Shown piece after piece: positions 18,628 through 29,684 of a DNA stretch of 64,000 nt. Positions within the stretch are counted from its first letter, which is position 1; the number at the start of each line of letters is the position of its first letter. The stretch lies in the IMG/VR virus record IMGVR_UViG_3300028888_000049. One strand, written 5' to 3'. A program made the translations under genes and the position numbers. Below the pieces are notes generated by a model that saw nothing but the letters and a program-made list of their open reading frames with translations, made no database searches and had not been told where the DNA came from. This stretch comes from a virus. Its lineage: Duplodnaviria > Caudoviricetes.

Positions 18628-18984
18628 ATGTCAAAAGTTCAATCTAATTCTGTTGTTAACACTGTAGCTGGTTTCGATTTAGATAAGGCTTTAGAAGTAG
18701 CTCAGGCAACTGAAGCTAAGACTCATGGTGGAGCTAGAGGAGCTGGTGAGTTTCAGACTTTAGTATTAGCGATGCTCGATAAGGCTGGAGTATTGACGAT
18801 CAATCAGATCAAAGCTGGTTTAGAGTCAGTAGGGTTTAAGGATGTTCATGGTAACTCAGCAACAAGTAAGTATATTGCTGATAGAATCTGGACATATGCT
18901 AAGAAAGGTAAATGTGCATTTGGTGATGTCAGTGGTCAGTATATGAGCAATGCTCATCGTGCAGAAAATCCGAAAGCTGAGTAA
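18628..18984 (+). CDS. Putative winged-helix DNA-binding protein
   Basis: VLAMLDKAGVLTINQIKAGL...TSKYIADRIWTYAKKG pattern; AAGGAG RBS. Confidence 0.55.
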   Translation: MSKVQSNSVVNTVAGFDLDKALEVAQATEAKTHGGARGAGEFQTLVLAMLDKAGVLTINQIKAGLESVGFKDVHGNSATSKYIADRIWTYAKKGKCAFGDVSGQYMSNAHRAENPKAE

Positions 18985-19140
18985 TATCAGTGAGCGGTGC
19001 TAGTGGGGGCGGTGCTTATCTTAAGTGATGAGTGCCGCTCATTAGCTAGTAATATAAGACATATATAGTAGTATAAGATTTGTGAGCGGTGTTCGTAATA
19101 GATACCGCTATTTTTGTATATAAGAAAGGAGACGTGAGTG

Positions 19141-19371
19141 ATGTCTAAGAATAAAATTAAGAATATCTATGAGATGAAGCAGAATAAAGCTGGTGAATGG
19201 TGCTTATATGATAATTTGAATGGAGTAGTAATGATGCGACATCCAGATAAAGCTACAGTAAGTATGATGATGTTGAAGATGTATCGAGATCTAAGTATAG
19301 CTGTGCATGCAGTACCAACGATAAGTAGTGCTAATCTTAAGTATATAGCTAACAGTAGTTGGGGTATGTAG
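19141..19371 (+). CDS. Hypothetical protein
   Basis: AAAGGAG RBS. Confidence 0.6.
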   Translation: MSKNKIKNIYEMKQNKAGEWCLYDNLNGVVMMRHPDKATVSMMMLKMYRDLSIAVHAVPTISSANLKYIANSSWGM

Positions 19372-19495
19372 AAGATATTATGTGAGCACTGAAGATTCAC
19401 CAGCAGTGTTTTTAGTGAATATTGCTGGTGTTTCTTGAATGCTTAAACAGTATTCAGTAATGACATTAACACTAGATGAAAGGAGATAGTGAGAT

Positions 19496-19888
19496 ATGTT
19501 CAGTAATCAGAAACTAATAGATGCTCAAGAGGTTGCTAAGACTGATGAGTATGAAGTTGATGAGCAAGGTTTTGCTGTAATAAAGGATAGTATAAATCCA
19601 GACAGTAGATCTTTGTTAGATGATAGTCAGTTTAAGAGTAATGGTACTGATGGTGTGAATGATGTTAATGAAGCTAATAAAGTAATTAATGAATTTCCGA
19701 CATTAGAAGATGTTACGAATAAAACTGAGGATAAATCGAAGGAGAATATTGGTAGGACTGTAGAACAACAGTTACGAGAACTTATTATGAGTAATAATGT
19801 ACCGTATTTAATTGAAAGCGGTAAGTATAGAGATGCTAAGATACTTGGTAAGTTACAATTACTGTATTTAGAGTCTCTTGGAGTATAA
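19496..19888 (+). CDS. Hypothetical acidic protein
   Basis: AAAGGAG RBS. Confidence 0.6.
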   Translation: MFSNQKLIDAQEVAKTDEYEVDEQGFAVIKDSINPDSRSLLDDSQFKSNGTDGVNDVNEANKVINEFPTLEDVTNKTEDKSKENIGRTVEQQLRELIMSNNVPYLIESGKYRDAKILGKLQLLYLESLGV

Positions 19889-19897
19889 TTTCAGTAA

Positions 19898-19992
19898 AAG
19901 CTCGTTAAATGGTCGTACGTGAGCGAAATTAGTTTTTATATATAGTTATATATATTGAATTGATTTCGTTTATGTACGGTCAAAAAAAGCTT
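19898..19992. repeat. Long imperfect palindrome
   Basis: tggtcgtacgtgagcgaaattagtt / aattgatttcgtttatgtacggtca; mismatches are G-T type. Confidence 0.65.
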
Positions 19993-20010
19993 ATTTATGG
20001 AGGTTTTAGC

Positions 20011-20319
20011 ATGAATAATAAGATAGAGTATATGAAATTCGCATCAGATTATAGGTCTATTGAGGAATTTCTTAAGACGACATCTGGACGTATGTCTGTA
20101 GTTGTAGATGCATCGATATATGGTTTTAATACATATAAGTGGTTAATGTTCGAATTTTACTTAGGATTAGATGATAACAATAATCAAGTAATATACATGA
20201 ACATTATCGAGAAGACTGCTAAAGGTGATACTCTATTGAATAAGTATCCTGTTAAACCTACAGTAGATTTCTTGAATGAAGTTAATAAGTTTATCGAAAG
20301 AATAAAAGATGAAGAATAA
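20011..20319 (+). CDS. Hypothetical protein
   Basis: GGAGG RBS before 20011. Confidence 0.6.
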   Translation: MNNKIEYMKFASDYRSIEEFLKTTSGRMSVVVDASIYGFNTYKWLMFEFYLGLDDNNNQVIYMNIIEKTAKGDTLLNKYPVKPTVDFLNEVNKFIERIKDEE

Positions 20320-20390
20320 AAACTTTTTACCAGATGAAAAAGAAGATGACTTTAGTTACGACTTTCCACTGTTTAATTAAAGTCAATTTT

Positions 20391-20485
20391 AGAATATATT
20401 AATTTAATATTAATATATTATAAAATCAGAAACAGAGGTTGTCTCACTTCAGAATATATTAATTTAATATTAATATATTCTGAAG
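20391..20485. repeat. Two identical 29-nt palindromic direct repeats separated by 31 nt
   Basis: agaatatattaatttaatattaatatatt at 20391 and 20451. Confidence 0.75.
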
Positions 20486-20518
20486 CTTGTTAAGTAATAA
20501 AACGAAAGGAAGTATGAA

Positions 20519-20833
20519 ATGAAAACAGGAATGTATATCTATGTAATTAAGTCTGATACTAATGAGTATGGTGAGCGTCATATTCAGAGTGTAGAGAAAG
20601 ATTTAGCTATACATCATAAGTCAGGAGTATTTGTAACAGAAAAGAATGGTCTTGTTAAAGATACTAATGTTATGTTAACGTATACCGCTAAACAATTACA
20701 GAAATTAGTATTTGAAAATGCTTATAACGGTTATTGTAGTAAGAAGTTATATAACCAATTCAGAACTCAAAAGCTTATTGAAGATACATTATTACGTAAT
20801 CAAATGATGTCTGCACAAAGAGTTGCTGCTTAA
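20519..20833 (+). CDS. Hypothetical protein
   Basis: AAAGGA RBS. Confidence 0.6.
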   Translation: MKTGMYIYVIKSDTNEYGERHIQSVEKDLAIHHKSGVFVTEKNGLVKDTNVMLTYTAKQLQKLVFENAYNGYCSKKLYNQFRTQKLIEDTLLRNQMMSAQRVAA

Positions 20834-21112
20834 TTATAGACGAAAAAATAGACAAAAAAGAGTATTTTTTCATTTATTATAGACGAAAATAAATGAATGT
20901 CATAAACTGAAGGAGGTTAATCATGAAAAAAGTATTCTAGATATGATACAATGATATGATAACGATATAATATTCTATTACTTTTTACTTAAACTTTGGA
21001 TTAACTATACTGAAGGAGAGTAAGATGTGCGAAAGACCTAGGTGAGTATGTCTATTATTATGTATATATGTTATATTAACGATATTTAATAATAAAATAG
21101 GAGATTAAAGAA

Positions 21113-21664
21113 ATGACAAAAACATTATTACCGTATAAAAGAACATTAGAAGCAAGAAAGTTATATAATAACGCTGTTAAAGAGTTTACTGCTTCTTATG
21201 ACTTAACTAAGATCAAAGATGAAAAAGAAGACTTCGACGATATATTAAGTACTAAAGTATATGATAAAATCATGATTAAAGGTTATAATGACATATACGA
21301 AATTGTAGACAAGATTATTCATGAAGAAAATCCTGAAATATCTAAAGATAAAGATATACCATTTCACATGTTTTCTTATGTATTAAATAGTGATACATAC
21401 TTAGACTGCGATTGTCTTGATTGTGCATATGATACAGATATTATTACAGAACTAAAATCATTACTATCACCATTAAAACCTGTATTAGAAGAAAACAGCG
21501 ATTATCCTGAAGAAGAAGTTAATAAAGTATTTGACTTTGCTCTAGTAATCGTTGATAGTATTGCTCATAAATACGGTGAAAGAGGTCAATACTTCCTAGA
21601 TTGGTGGGGTAATACTGACGGAACGATAGAACTAGTCGACCAAATAGCTAATGGAACAATATAA
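21113..21664 (+). CDS. Hypothetical acidic protein
   Basis: AGGAG RBS; 183 aa. Confidence 0.6.
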   Translation: MTKTLLPYKRTLEARKLYNNAVKEFTASYDLTKIKDEKEDFDDILSTKVYDKIMIKGYNDIYEIVDKIIHEENPEISKDKDIPFHMFSYVLNSDTYLDCDCLDCAYDTDIITELKSLLSPLKPVLEENSDYPEEEVNKVFDFALVIVDSIAHKYGERGQYFLDWWGNTDGTIELVDQIANGTI

Positions 21665-21875
21665 CTTATAACAAAACGTTATAATTACTAAATTTCACAC
21701 TTTATTATTAAATATCAATAACTTAGGTAAAATAATCTATACTTCTCGAATAGTTAACTGAGAAAAAAGGATCATTTTCCCTATATACGAAATACAAACA
21801 AAACATCACAAATCGTTATAAATTGACTTAACGATATTACAAAATGTTATAACTTAAAAATGAAAGGAAAATACT

Positions 21876-22412
21876 ATGTCTAAACAATACATCATTACTG
21901 ATCCATGTTACATCTTATCTGATACTGTATGGCAAAACATCTGTAAATCCTGTAAAGACGATGACTACTATAACGGTACATTCGATAATAAAGTAACAGA
22001 AGAACTAAACAAACTCGCTAATACCACTACTGCTAAAGCTTCTACTACAGGATTCGGTGATTGGCAAAACTGTATACACTCCGATAATCCTACAGAAGCT
22101 AATATCATCCAATCAGACTTCTTTGCTGACTCAGGTATGGTATGCGTCGTAGAATATAACGATATCATCAAACAAGCTCTAAAAGATAAAAACAATGACC
22201 ACTTAACAGACGAAAATACAGGTAGTGCTGCTGTCATAGAAATACAAGACGATTCAGATATAGATATCGAAATGGATACTTCTGATACTAACTGGACTCA
22301 AGTAAAAATCAGCACTCCTAACGAAAACTTCTGGTCTACATATCCATATAACGACGATGACGAAGAAGAAGATGAAGATTATTGCGACTACGATCCAGAA
22401 GATGACGAATAA
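21876..22412 (+). CDS. Acidic protein with ITDPCY...GFGD...ADSGMVC motifs (DUF4241-like)
   Basis: Motifs recalled from a widespread phage family; poly-D/E tail. Confidence 0.55.
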   Translation: MSKQYIITDPCYILSDTVWQNICKSCKDDDYYNGTFDNKVTEELNKLANTTTAKASTTGFGDWQNCIHSDNPTEANIIQSDFFADSGMVCVVEYNDIIKQALKDKNNDHLTDENTGSAAVIEIQDDSDIDIEMDTSDTNWTQVKISTPNENFWSTYPYNDDDEEEDEDYCDYDPEDDE

Positions 22413-22575
22413 AAATAGAATAAAACAAGAACAAACAAGACTTTTTGTCTAAAAAATGGACGAAAAAAGTTTTTAATAATTTCAAGTACTTAGATAAAAA
22501 TCCCTATAAGGAAAATAAAACAGAATTGTAGGGATTTTTGTCTATTTTGTCCAACAAGAAAAAGGAGATAAAATC

Positions 22576-22770
22576 ATGCTTAAAACTTATGGTGATCTTA
22601 AAAAATACTTCAATAACATCCTAGAAGAAATCGAAGATGTACCTGATTCTAAAGAACTACATGTATCCTGTAATACATATAGACAATACGGTACTCTACT
22701 TTCTATTCCAGGTCAAGGATACATCAACCTAAACGAACTAACACCAGAAGATGAAGACGAAGAAGACTAA
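22576..22770 (+). CDS. Small acidic protein, paralog of 42579..42794
   Basis: NTY...GYINLNEL + acidic tail. Confidence 0.6.
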   Translation: MLKTYGDLKKYFNNILEEIEDVPDSKELHVSCNTYRQYGTLLSIPGQGYINLNELTPEDEDEED

Positions 22771-22784
22771 AGGATATACACACC

Positions 22785-22967
22785 ATGAAACAACTATTAT
22801 ATACTATCTCATCTATCACAATACTTTCAATTCTTATCCTATGTATACTTACTCCTGAAAAAACACTCCAAGGAGAATATACTGATGCTGTAAAATACTG
22901 GTCTAACAACACCTACTACACCATGAACTTTATCGACCCACTCTTTATCCCTTTGCAACACAACTAA
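22785..22967 (+). CDS. Small membrane protein
   Basis: AAGGA RBS; N-terminal TM. Confidence 0.5.
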   Translation: MKQLLYTISSITILSILILCILTPEKTLQGEYTDAVKYWSNNTYYTMNFIDPLFIPLQHN

Positions 22968-23305
22968 CCTAACTGCCATAAATATACAGCAAGTTAGTCT
23001 CACTAGATACATGCATATAAGAATTAAAGAGCGGGTAGATGTCAGTGTCAGTCCTTGTGGTTAGTGTGTCTAAGTCCTCTGTGCATTATCCTGTAGTTAG
23101 TCTCAGACACATTGTCTGTAAGTCTGTAGTCCTTGCACATCTCTTATATGTCTTGCAGTAAGTCTTGTTATATATCTTAGACATATTGTCTATTGTGTTA
23201 GATACGTACTGCAAAATGTATGTTAAGTCTGTGTGTGTCTCTTATATGTATATATGTTATCTCATTATGTTTTATTATTATGTATATGTTTTTGAAAGGA
23301 GGTGT

Positions 23306-23641
23306 ATGATGAATAAGAATAAGATATCTGGTGAAGATTTATATAGTATGATAAGCGGTTATAGTTATGAGACTAGATGGGATAGAAAGCAGTTTATTTG
23401 TGTATATATAGATGATTTAGAAAGAAAAAGTAGGTTTTTAATATTTAGATTAAAGAAAGAAAGAGATGATGTGTATATGGTTATGTTGAATTATTTGAAG
23501 TATGATGAAATAAAAAGATTGTTTAAGTGTATAGGAATTAAGATTAAAGAAGAATATAATAGAAAGTATATAACAAGTGAAGATTATGATAAGTTTATGT
23601 TATTATTAAAGTTAAGAGGTGTAAGGAGATGGGATAGATAG
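23306..23641 (+). CDS. KIYG-helix family protein
   Basis: AGGAGG RBS; LFKCIGIK...ITSEDYDKFMLLLKLRG. Confidence 0.7.
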   Translation: MMNKNKISGEDLYSMISGYSYETRWDRKQFICVYIDDLERKSRFLIFRLKKERDDVYMVMLNYLKYDEIKRLFKCIGIKIKEEYNRKYITSEDYDKFMLLLKLRGVRRWDR

Positions 23642-23663
23642 TAGTTATTAGGAGTTATATGTT

Positions 23664-23990
23664 ATGTGTGATGATATAGAGTTAGTAAGAGTAATGGATG
23701 TAACAAAGACTGATGGAGATAAAATAGTATATATATGTTTTGAAGGAGTATGTAAATATCTAGAGGTTTGTTGTAGATATAATAGAAATATAAGAAAGTA
23801 TGAGTTTGATAGTTTTGAGTTTAGAGGATATAATAGAGGAATATTGAATAAGATATATGATATTACTGGAGAGAAGGTAGAGAAGTATTATAATAAGTAT
23901 TATATTAGTAAGGAAAGTATAAGGAAGATAATAGCGTATAGTAGAATAATAGGTATATATGGATGGAAATATGGAGGTTGTTATGGTTAA
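23664..23990 (+). CDS. KIYG-helix family protein
   Basis: ISKESIRKIIAYSRIIG. Confidence 0.65.
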   Translation: MCDDIELVRVMDVTKTDGDKIVYICFEGVCKYLEVCCRYNRNIRKYEFDSFEFRGYNRGILNKIYDITGEKVEKYYNKYYISKESIRKIIAYSRIIGIYGWKYGGCYG

Positions 23991-24363
23991 GTATTCAGTT
24001 GGTATAATTCCTTGTGGTAAGATTTTGTTAGATAGTGATAAAGGAAAAGTATATAGAGTAACAGATAGTGAAAGTGTACATATATTTGATTGTTGTGGTG
24101 ACGTAGTAATAAGTGTGGATAAAGTAAAAAGAGCCACAAGAGATACATTTAGGTGTGAAAGAAGTGTAGAGGTATGTATACAAGGTAATGGATATGATGT
24201 AATAGTAAGTGAAGATGGATATATAGAACGTAGGAAATATTTTGAAAGAATTGAAGACGTGTATAATTTAATGAAAAAAGAAAGATGTAATGAGAAAAGT
24301 ATTAAGTTATTTAGAGTATTATTAGATAAATATAATAAGGGTGAGATAGAGATAAGGAGGTGA
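23983..24363 (+). CDS. Hypothetical protein
   Basis: GGAGG RBS before 23983. Confidence 0.55.
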   Translation: MVKYSVGIIPCGKILLDSDKGKVYRVTDSESVHIFDCCGDVVISVDKVKRATRDTFRCERSVEVCIQGNGYDVIVSEDGYIERRKYFERIEDVYNLMKKERCNEKSIKLFRVLLDKYNKGEIEIRR

Positions 24364-24366
24364 GTT

Positions 24367-24699
24367 ATGAGTGAAAATGAATATAAAAAACTTGAGGAAT
24401 TAATAAAATGGTTAGAAGATAAGTTAGCAAGTAAAAACTTATTAAGTCATAGTTTTGGTATATGTCTTTCTGTAGAAGATAAAAAAGATGGTGGTTATTA
24501 TGTTGGTTTATGTTTAGATGATTATCGTACGAGTTATATAAGGTTTCGTGATTTTGGAGTTAGACGTAAAAAGTTTTTAGAGACGTTGGTTGGTGAAGAG
24601 TTAGAATATTTTGAGGAAAAAGGTATAGCTACTATGAATGTTAGATTAGATGAAAAACATATAAAGAGGTTATCTATGTTACGTAGTATCTATCATTAA
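24367..24699 (+). CDS. KIYG-helix family protein (FGxRR subfamily)
   Basis: FGVRRKKFLETL...LDEKHIKRLSMLRSIY. Confidence 0.65.
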   Translation: MSENEYKKLEELIKWLEDKLASKNLLSHSFGICLSVEDKKDGGYYVGLCLDDYRTSYIRFRDFGVRRKKFLETLVGEELEYFEEKGIATMNVRLDEKHIKRLSMLRSIYH

Positions 24700-24738
24700 A
24701 TGGAGTATTACTTTATAGTTTAGACAGGAGGATATGAT

Positions 24739-25500
24739 ATGGAAAAAGATATTGAAGTAAAGTTAAATGAGATGAATGCTAAGATAGATAGTATTTGTAG
24801 ATTTTTAGGAATATCTAATGATATAATTGAAGTGTCAGATATTAAGAAACATTATTACGAAGTATGGGTTAGAGATGCATATGGTAAAGTAATGATGAAT
24901 ACACATTATAAGTTAGAAGAAAATGCTGAAAAATTAAAAGATTATATCATGACATATAAAAAGAATTTAGGTGTTGTGGTTGAGATAACTAAAGAAGATA
25001 ATAAGTATTTTAGTAGTCCTTTAACATATATTATGACTGGTACTGTAGTACAATCTAAAGCACAGTTAGAAAAGAAAGATGAAGAGTTATTAGAATATGA
25101 TAAAAAGATGTTTGATACGATTGTTAATGATATGAAGAAAACTATCTATAAAGTAGAAGCTATTATAGATGATATTGAATCTGGTACAATGTATGTAAAT
25201 AAAAAAGATTTAGTATTTATGAAAGATGTGTATAAATGTTTAGGATTATTTAATGAAAAGAATAGTAAGATTAATGTTGAGAAGCTTACTTATAGTATTG
25301 AGTCAGTTGATGTGAAAGATTATGGTAGAGATGTTTGGACAGTACGACGTATAGCACGCTTATTAGGTTTTGTAGGGCGTTATGCTAAAAGTGATAATAA
25401 ACGTGTTAAAGAATTTATTGATAAGTATAATTTAAAAGATGATAATAGTCATAAGAAGTTATCATTAAAAGAATTTATAGACATAGTATTTCATGACTAA
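24739..25500 (+). CDS. Hypothetical protein
   Basis: AGGAGG RBS; 253 aa. Confidence 0.65.
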   Translation: MEKDIEVKLNEMNAKIDSICRFLGISNDIIEVSDIKKHYYEVWVRDAYGKVMMNTHYKLEENAEKLKDYIMTYKKNLGVVVEITKEDNKYFSSPLTYIMTGTVVQSKAQLEKKDEELLEYDKKMFDTIVNDMKKTIYKVEAIIDDIESGTMYVNKKDLVFMKDVYKCLGLFNEKNSKINVEKLTYSIESVDVKDYGRDVWTVRRIARLLGFVGRYAKSDNKRVKEFIDKYNLKDDNSHKKLSLKEFIDIVFHD

Positions 25501-25666
25501 TGACATAACGAAGGAGAGCAGTGATATGAAATCATATAAATTTTTTGGAAAAGGTTATAAGTGTCTAAATTATGTTTATAAGTTAGATGAGGTTAAGTTA
25601 TTACTGTAATATTGGACAAAGTCTTTTGTCTATTTTTCAGTAAATTAAAAAGAAAGGAGGTAAGCA

Positions 25667-28600
25667 ATGTATATTGTTGAAGTTGTTGAATCTTTTGAAA
25701 TAGTTATATCACGAGATGGATTTGGAGAAGTGATTGAAGTAGAATCTCATGAATCCCGTAAAGTTGTAGGAATCTTTCGTGATCGTGACCGTGCTGAGAA
25801 ATGTCGTCGTTTACAACCTGAGTTTGTTGAAGATCATCAGAGTTTGGAACCTCAAGTTATAATTCGTGAAATTGATTCTGATTTATAATGAATTGAAAGG
25901 AAGTTATAATGAAAGGAAGAGTTAAACGAAAATTAAAAAGAATAGCTAATATTTTAAAGAAAGCTTTTTTACAAAAGAAATATATAAGTGAAATTCAATA
26001 TAAACCACGAGAACCAATGGAATATATTTGCGTACCATTAACCACTAAAAGAAAGGAGTGATAACTATGGGTAAACTAATATGGGTAGTATATAGAATTG
26101 TAAAACATGGTTATAAAGAAAAAGCTTCATTGATATATCTCTGTAAAACCAAAGAGCTAGCAGATTATGCTGCAAGTAAACTCAATGAAAAATATAAACA
26201 GACTATAGAAAATTGTAATAACTCCGGTGAAACATATATGTCTTTTTATGTTAGTAGCTATAGACCATTGTGTATTACTAAAAAATTTATTAATGAAACT
26301 ATGGATTTTACAAACGCATTTTAATTAGAAAGGAGGTAAGTAATGACTAAATTATATGTAACAGCAGATGAACTTAAGAAAGCTGCAGACTATCTTACTT
26401 CTATTAAAGAACGAGGTGGCTGTTATTATTGGAAAATATACGCCAATACAGATGACAATAAAGATATATACATTGTCTTAGGTTGGACACAATATGAATA
26501 TGATAGTGGCGATACTAAATATTATGATAAAGGATATAATTTAGCGGTTAAAGTTGCATATCAACCATCTAATAGCATAATGCAATGTAGTTATGATGTA
26601 GACTTTAGTCTTCCATACAATCCAGACACTGGTGAAATAGATAATGATTTTGAATATCTATTAACCGATACAACAGACTTTAATTCTGTAGCAAAAGATT
26701 TAAATAGTAATGCTTCATGGTTAATTAAGCATTGGAAGGAGTTAGGTCATGAGTAAATGGACTGATGCTAAATTAAAACGTCAAGTTATTGAAGAATGGA
26801 AAGACTGTTACGAATGTGGACATTTTCCTGATTTTATATGTGATCAACCTAACGTTAGTGAAGAAGAGTTAGAAGATTATGCTAAAGAATATGATATGAC
26901 TTTAGAAGAATTTAAAAAGTATGTCGATTATTTTCTTTCATATAACGAAACTAGAACATTTTAAGGAGTAAATACTATGAGTAATATTGTATATTGTATT
27001 ATTGTACGAGATAATGGTTGGGATGATGACGAATTGAATGGGTCTACTAAAGATTATTATAGAGGTGAACGAGCAATTCGTTTAATTAAAAGTTTTATAA
27101 ATGATTGTTGTAAATGTAGTGAAATAGAAAGTATCTATAAAGTCCATCCAGATGATGTTAAAAAGTTATCTAAATCTAGTATTTTAACTTTTGAAGATGC
27201 TGAAAATTGTGTTAGAGAAATATTAGAAGATATATATGAAGCTGATAAAAAATTACTAGATAAAATTATGACAGAAGAGTATTATAAAAAGTATAAAAAA
27301 TATTTAGATAGAGATACAATTGAAAGATGGAAAGAGGATAAAGATAATGAATAAGATTAACAGTGTATTAGATCAGAAAATACAAGATCAACTTGAAAGT
27401 TATCCTAATCTTAAAAAGTATGTTGAACATTATATAGAAACTGATGGTGAACCTGAAGATGAAGGATGTATCTCTAATCTTGTTTGTTATTTTAAGTTAC
27501 AATGTCTTAAACATAATTTAAACGAGACAAAAGTATTTAAGTGGAATAAGAAAATTTCTGATGATTTCTATACTTGGGGTACTAATTCACGTTGGTCTAA
27601 TACTTTTGATACCTTTTTATACTATAATTTTCAATATGTTGTAGAAATTGGTATTAGTTTAGCTGAAAAATATGGTGATATTGATGTAGATAAGGAGTAA
27701 ATACTATGAGTGAATATTCATATATAGAAGTTTATTTAAACTATCCTGGCTGTGAAGATGAAGAAATAGGTCCTGGTGAAGAATACTTTAAAGTAGATCC
27801 TAATGATAAAGATACAATAAAAGCTTTAAAGATATTAAAACCTTATTTTGAGGATAAAGAAGAAATATATTGTGCAGAAACAGATGGTAATAAAATGACA
27901 ATTAAAAAGAAAGTATCTAAAGTAAAAATTAAAAGGTATGATTCATATATAGATATATTAAAAGCGGATTGGCTGTTTCCTTCATATGATACTGGATTAA
28001 TATGTTGTAATAAAATTGATCCTTTTATTGATTTGGTTTCTGAATTTGGTTATCTTCATCCAATAGTAAAAGAGACTTTTAAATATATCTATGAAATCGA
28101 TTCGAATTTTTTAAATGAATATATGTCTTGGGCAGAATTAAATGGAACTAAACAAGACACTAATATTTTTGTTAATTCATTGAAATTAAAATAAAAGGAG
28201 TTAATACCGTGAATAAATATGTTGTTATATATACAGATCATGGTTGTACTTGTGATGGTTTAGCAAGAATCCTCGGTACATATAATACTAAAGAAGAAGC
28301 TCAAGCTAGTATGACCAAAGATGTTAATCAGTACTTAATAGATAATACTGATTATGAATTAGATGTTGATGAAACTTCTCATCGTATTGTTACTAATAAT
28401 ATTGGTGAAGATGCTTGTACTTGGCAAGTTTTAGAAGTAGAAGTATAAATTGTAAGTAATCTTTAACGAAGGAGAGTATCGATGTCTAAGGAACAAATTA
28501 AAACTAATGAAGTAGAATTACGTTTTATAAATACGCTTACTCATGATAAACATAATCCGTTAACTTGTGGATTTTGTTTAAGTTATAGTGGTATTGGTGA

Positions 28601-29684
28601 AGATATAAAGTTAGTTGAACATAATGGGTTTAAGAATTTAAAAGCAGAAGACATTGATGCTTTCCGTAGAGTAGCAGATATGTTAGAAGCTATGTATAAA
28701 TTAAAAGGAACTGACTATTTAGAGGAGATGAATAATGCGTAAGTTGTTATTTATGTGTTTATTGTTATTAGCTTCTTGTGATAGTGGTGGCGAAGAAGCA
28801 CAATATCCTGAAACAAATTCTTGGAGTACTTATTGGATTGTTTGTATTGATGGTAAAGAATTTATTGAAGGTGCTAAAAGATTATCTATTAATTTAGATA
28901 TAGATACTGGTAAACCTATTCCGTGTAATGTAAAAATGAGGAGATAAATAATGTCAGATGAAATGTTTACATATTCTGCTAGTGGTTATGTATATGGTAC
29001 AACTTGGGATGGTCATAAAGGAGCATATACAGCAAGAAATTATAGTGACTATGATCATGAAGATGAATTAAAAGCAGCAATTAAAAAAGATTTTGAATCT
29101 GGTGCTTTAGATTCTGGTTTTGGTTTTCAGCATTTAGATGCAGCTAATATGACAATTACCATTAGAGATACAATAGTAGTTAATGGTAAGTTATATCATC
29201 GAAATGATGAAGAATCATATATTCTAGGTAAAGATGAAGATGTTGAAAAATTAAATGACATCTTATCATATGCGGAGTAAAGAAAATGAGTAAATATACA
29301 GAACTTAAAGATAAAATGAGTAAATATCATAATGATGGTATTGAGTATGTTTTTGGTTTAGATCAATGGCGAGATTATTTGAAACGTCATAATCTAACTG
29401 AAGAAGAAGCTAAAGCTACATTAGTTGGTGATGGTTATGGAGGTGTTGGTACTAAAGAAGCTTTTGCTAAAAGAGATAAATACTTTGAGGAAGTTCAAAA
29501 AGAAATCTCAGAACAAAGTAATCCTGAAGAAATCTTTGAACATGAATGGTGGAATCATGAGTGTGGATATTCTGGTGATTATACAGAAGCTTTAAGGATT
29601 ACAAGATGTTATTTTAAACATTATACTCCTAAAGAATCTTTTATAAATAAATTACAGAAACGATTTAATGAATGTAATTGTTAA
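25667..29684 (+). other. Cluster of small, mostly acidic early hypothetical proteins (25667, 26058, 26343, 26749, 26977, 27347, 27706, 28209, 28482, 28735 lipoprotein, 28951, 29286)
   Basis: Tightly packed + strand ORFs, most with AAGGAG/GGAGG RBS; none carries the KIYG helix. Confidence 0.7.
26343..26756 (+). CDS. Hypothetical protein, close paralog of 44901..45320
   Basis: MTKLYVTADELKKAADYL...KHWKELGHE. Confidence 0.7.
   Translation: MTKLYVTADELKKAADYLTSIKERGGCYYWKIYANTDDNKDIYIVLGWTQYEYDSGDTKYYDKGYNLAVKVAYQPSNSIMQCSYDVDFSLPYNPDTGEIDNDFEYLLTDTTDFNSVAKDLNSNASWLIKHWKELGHE

Noticed and set aside
20391-20479. Bona fide CRISPR array
   Set aside because: Only two repeats and no cas genes; kept as a low-ranked finding only
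21711-22493. AAT(A/T)TCAAnnACTTAG pair resembling recombinase arm sites
   Set aside because: Only two loose copies in AT-rich DNA and no integrase in the window
23165-23305. N-terminal extension of the 23165 ORF
   Set aside because: Low-complexity tract; strong AGGAGG RBS places the start at 23306
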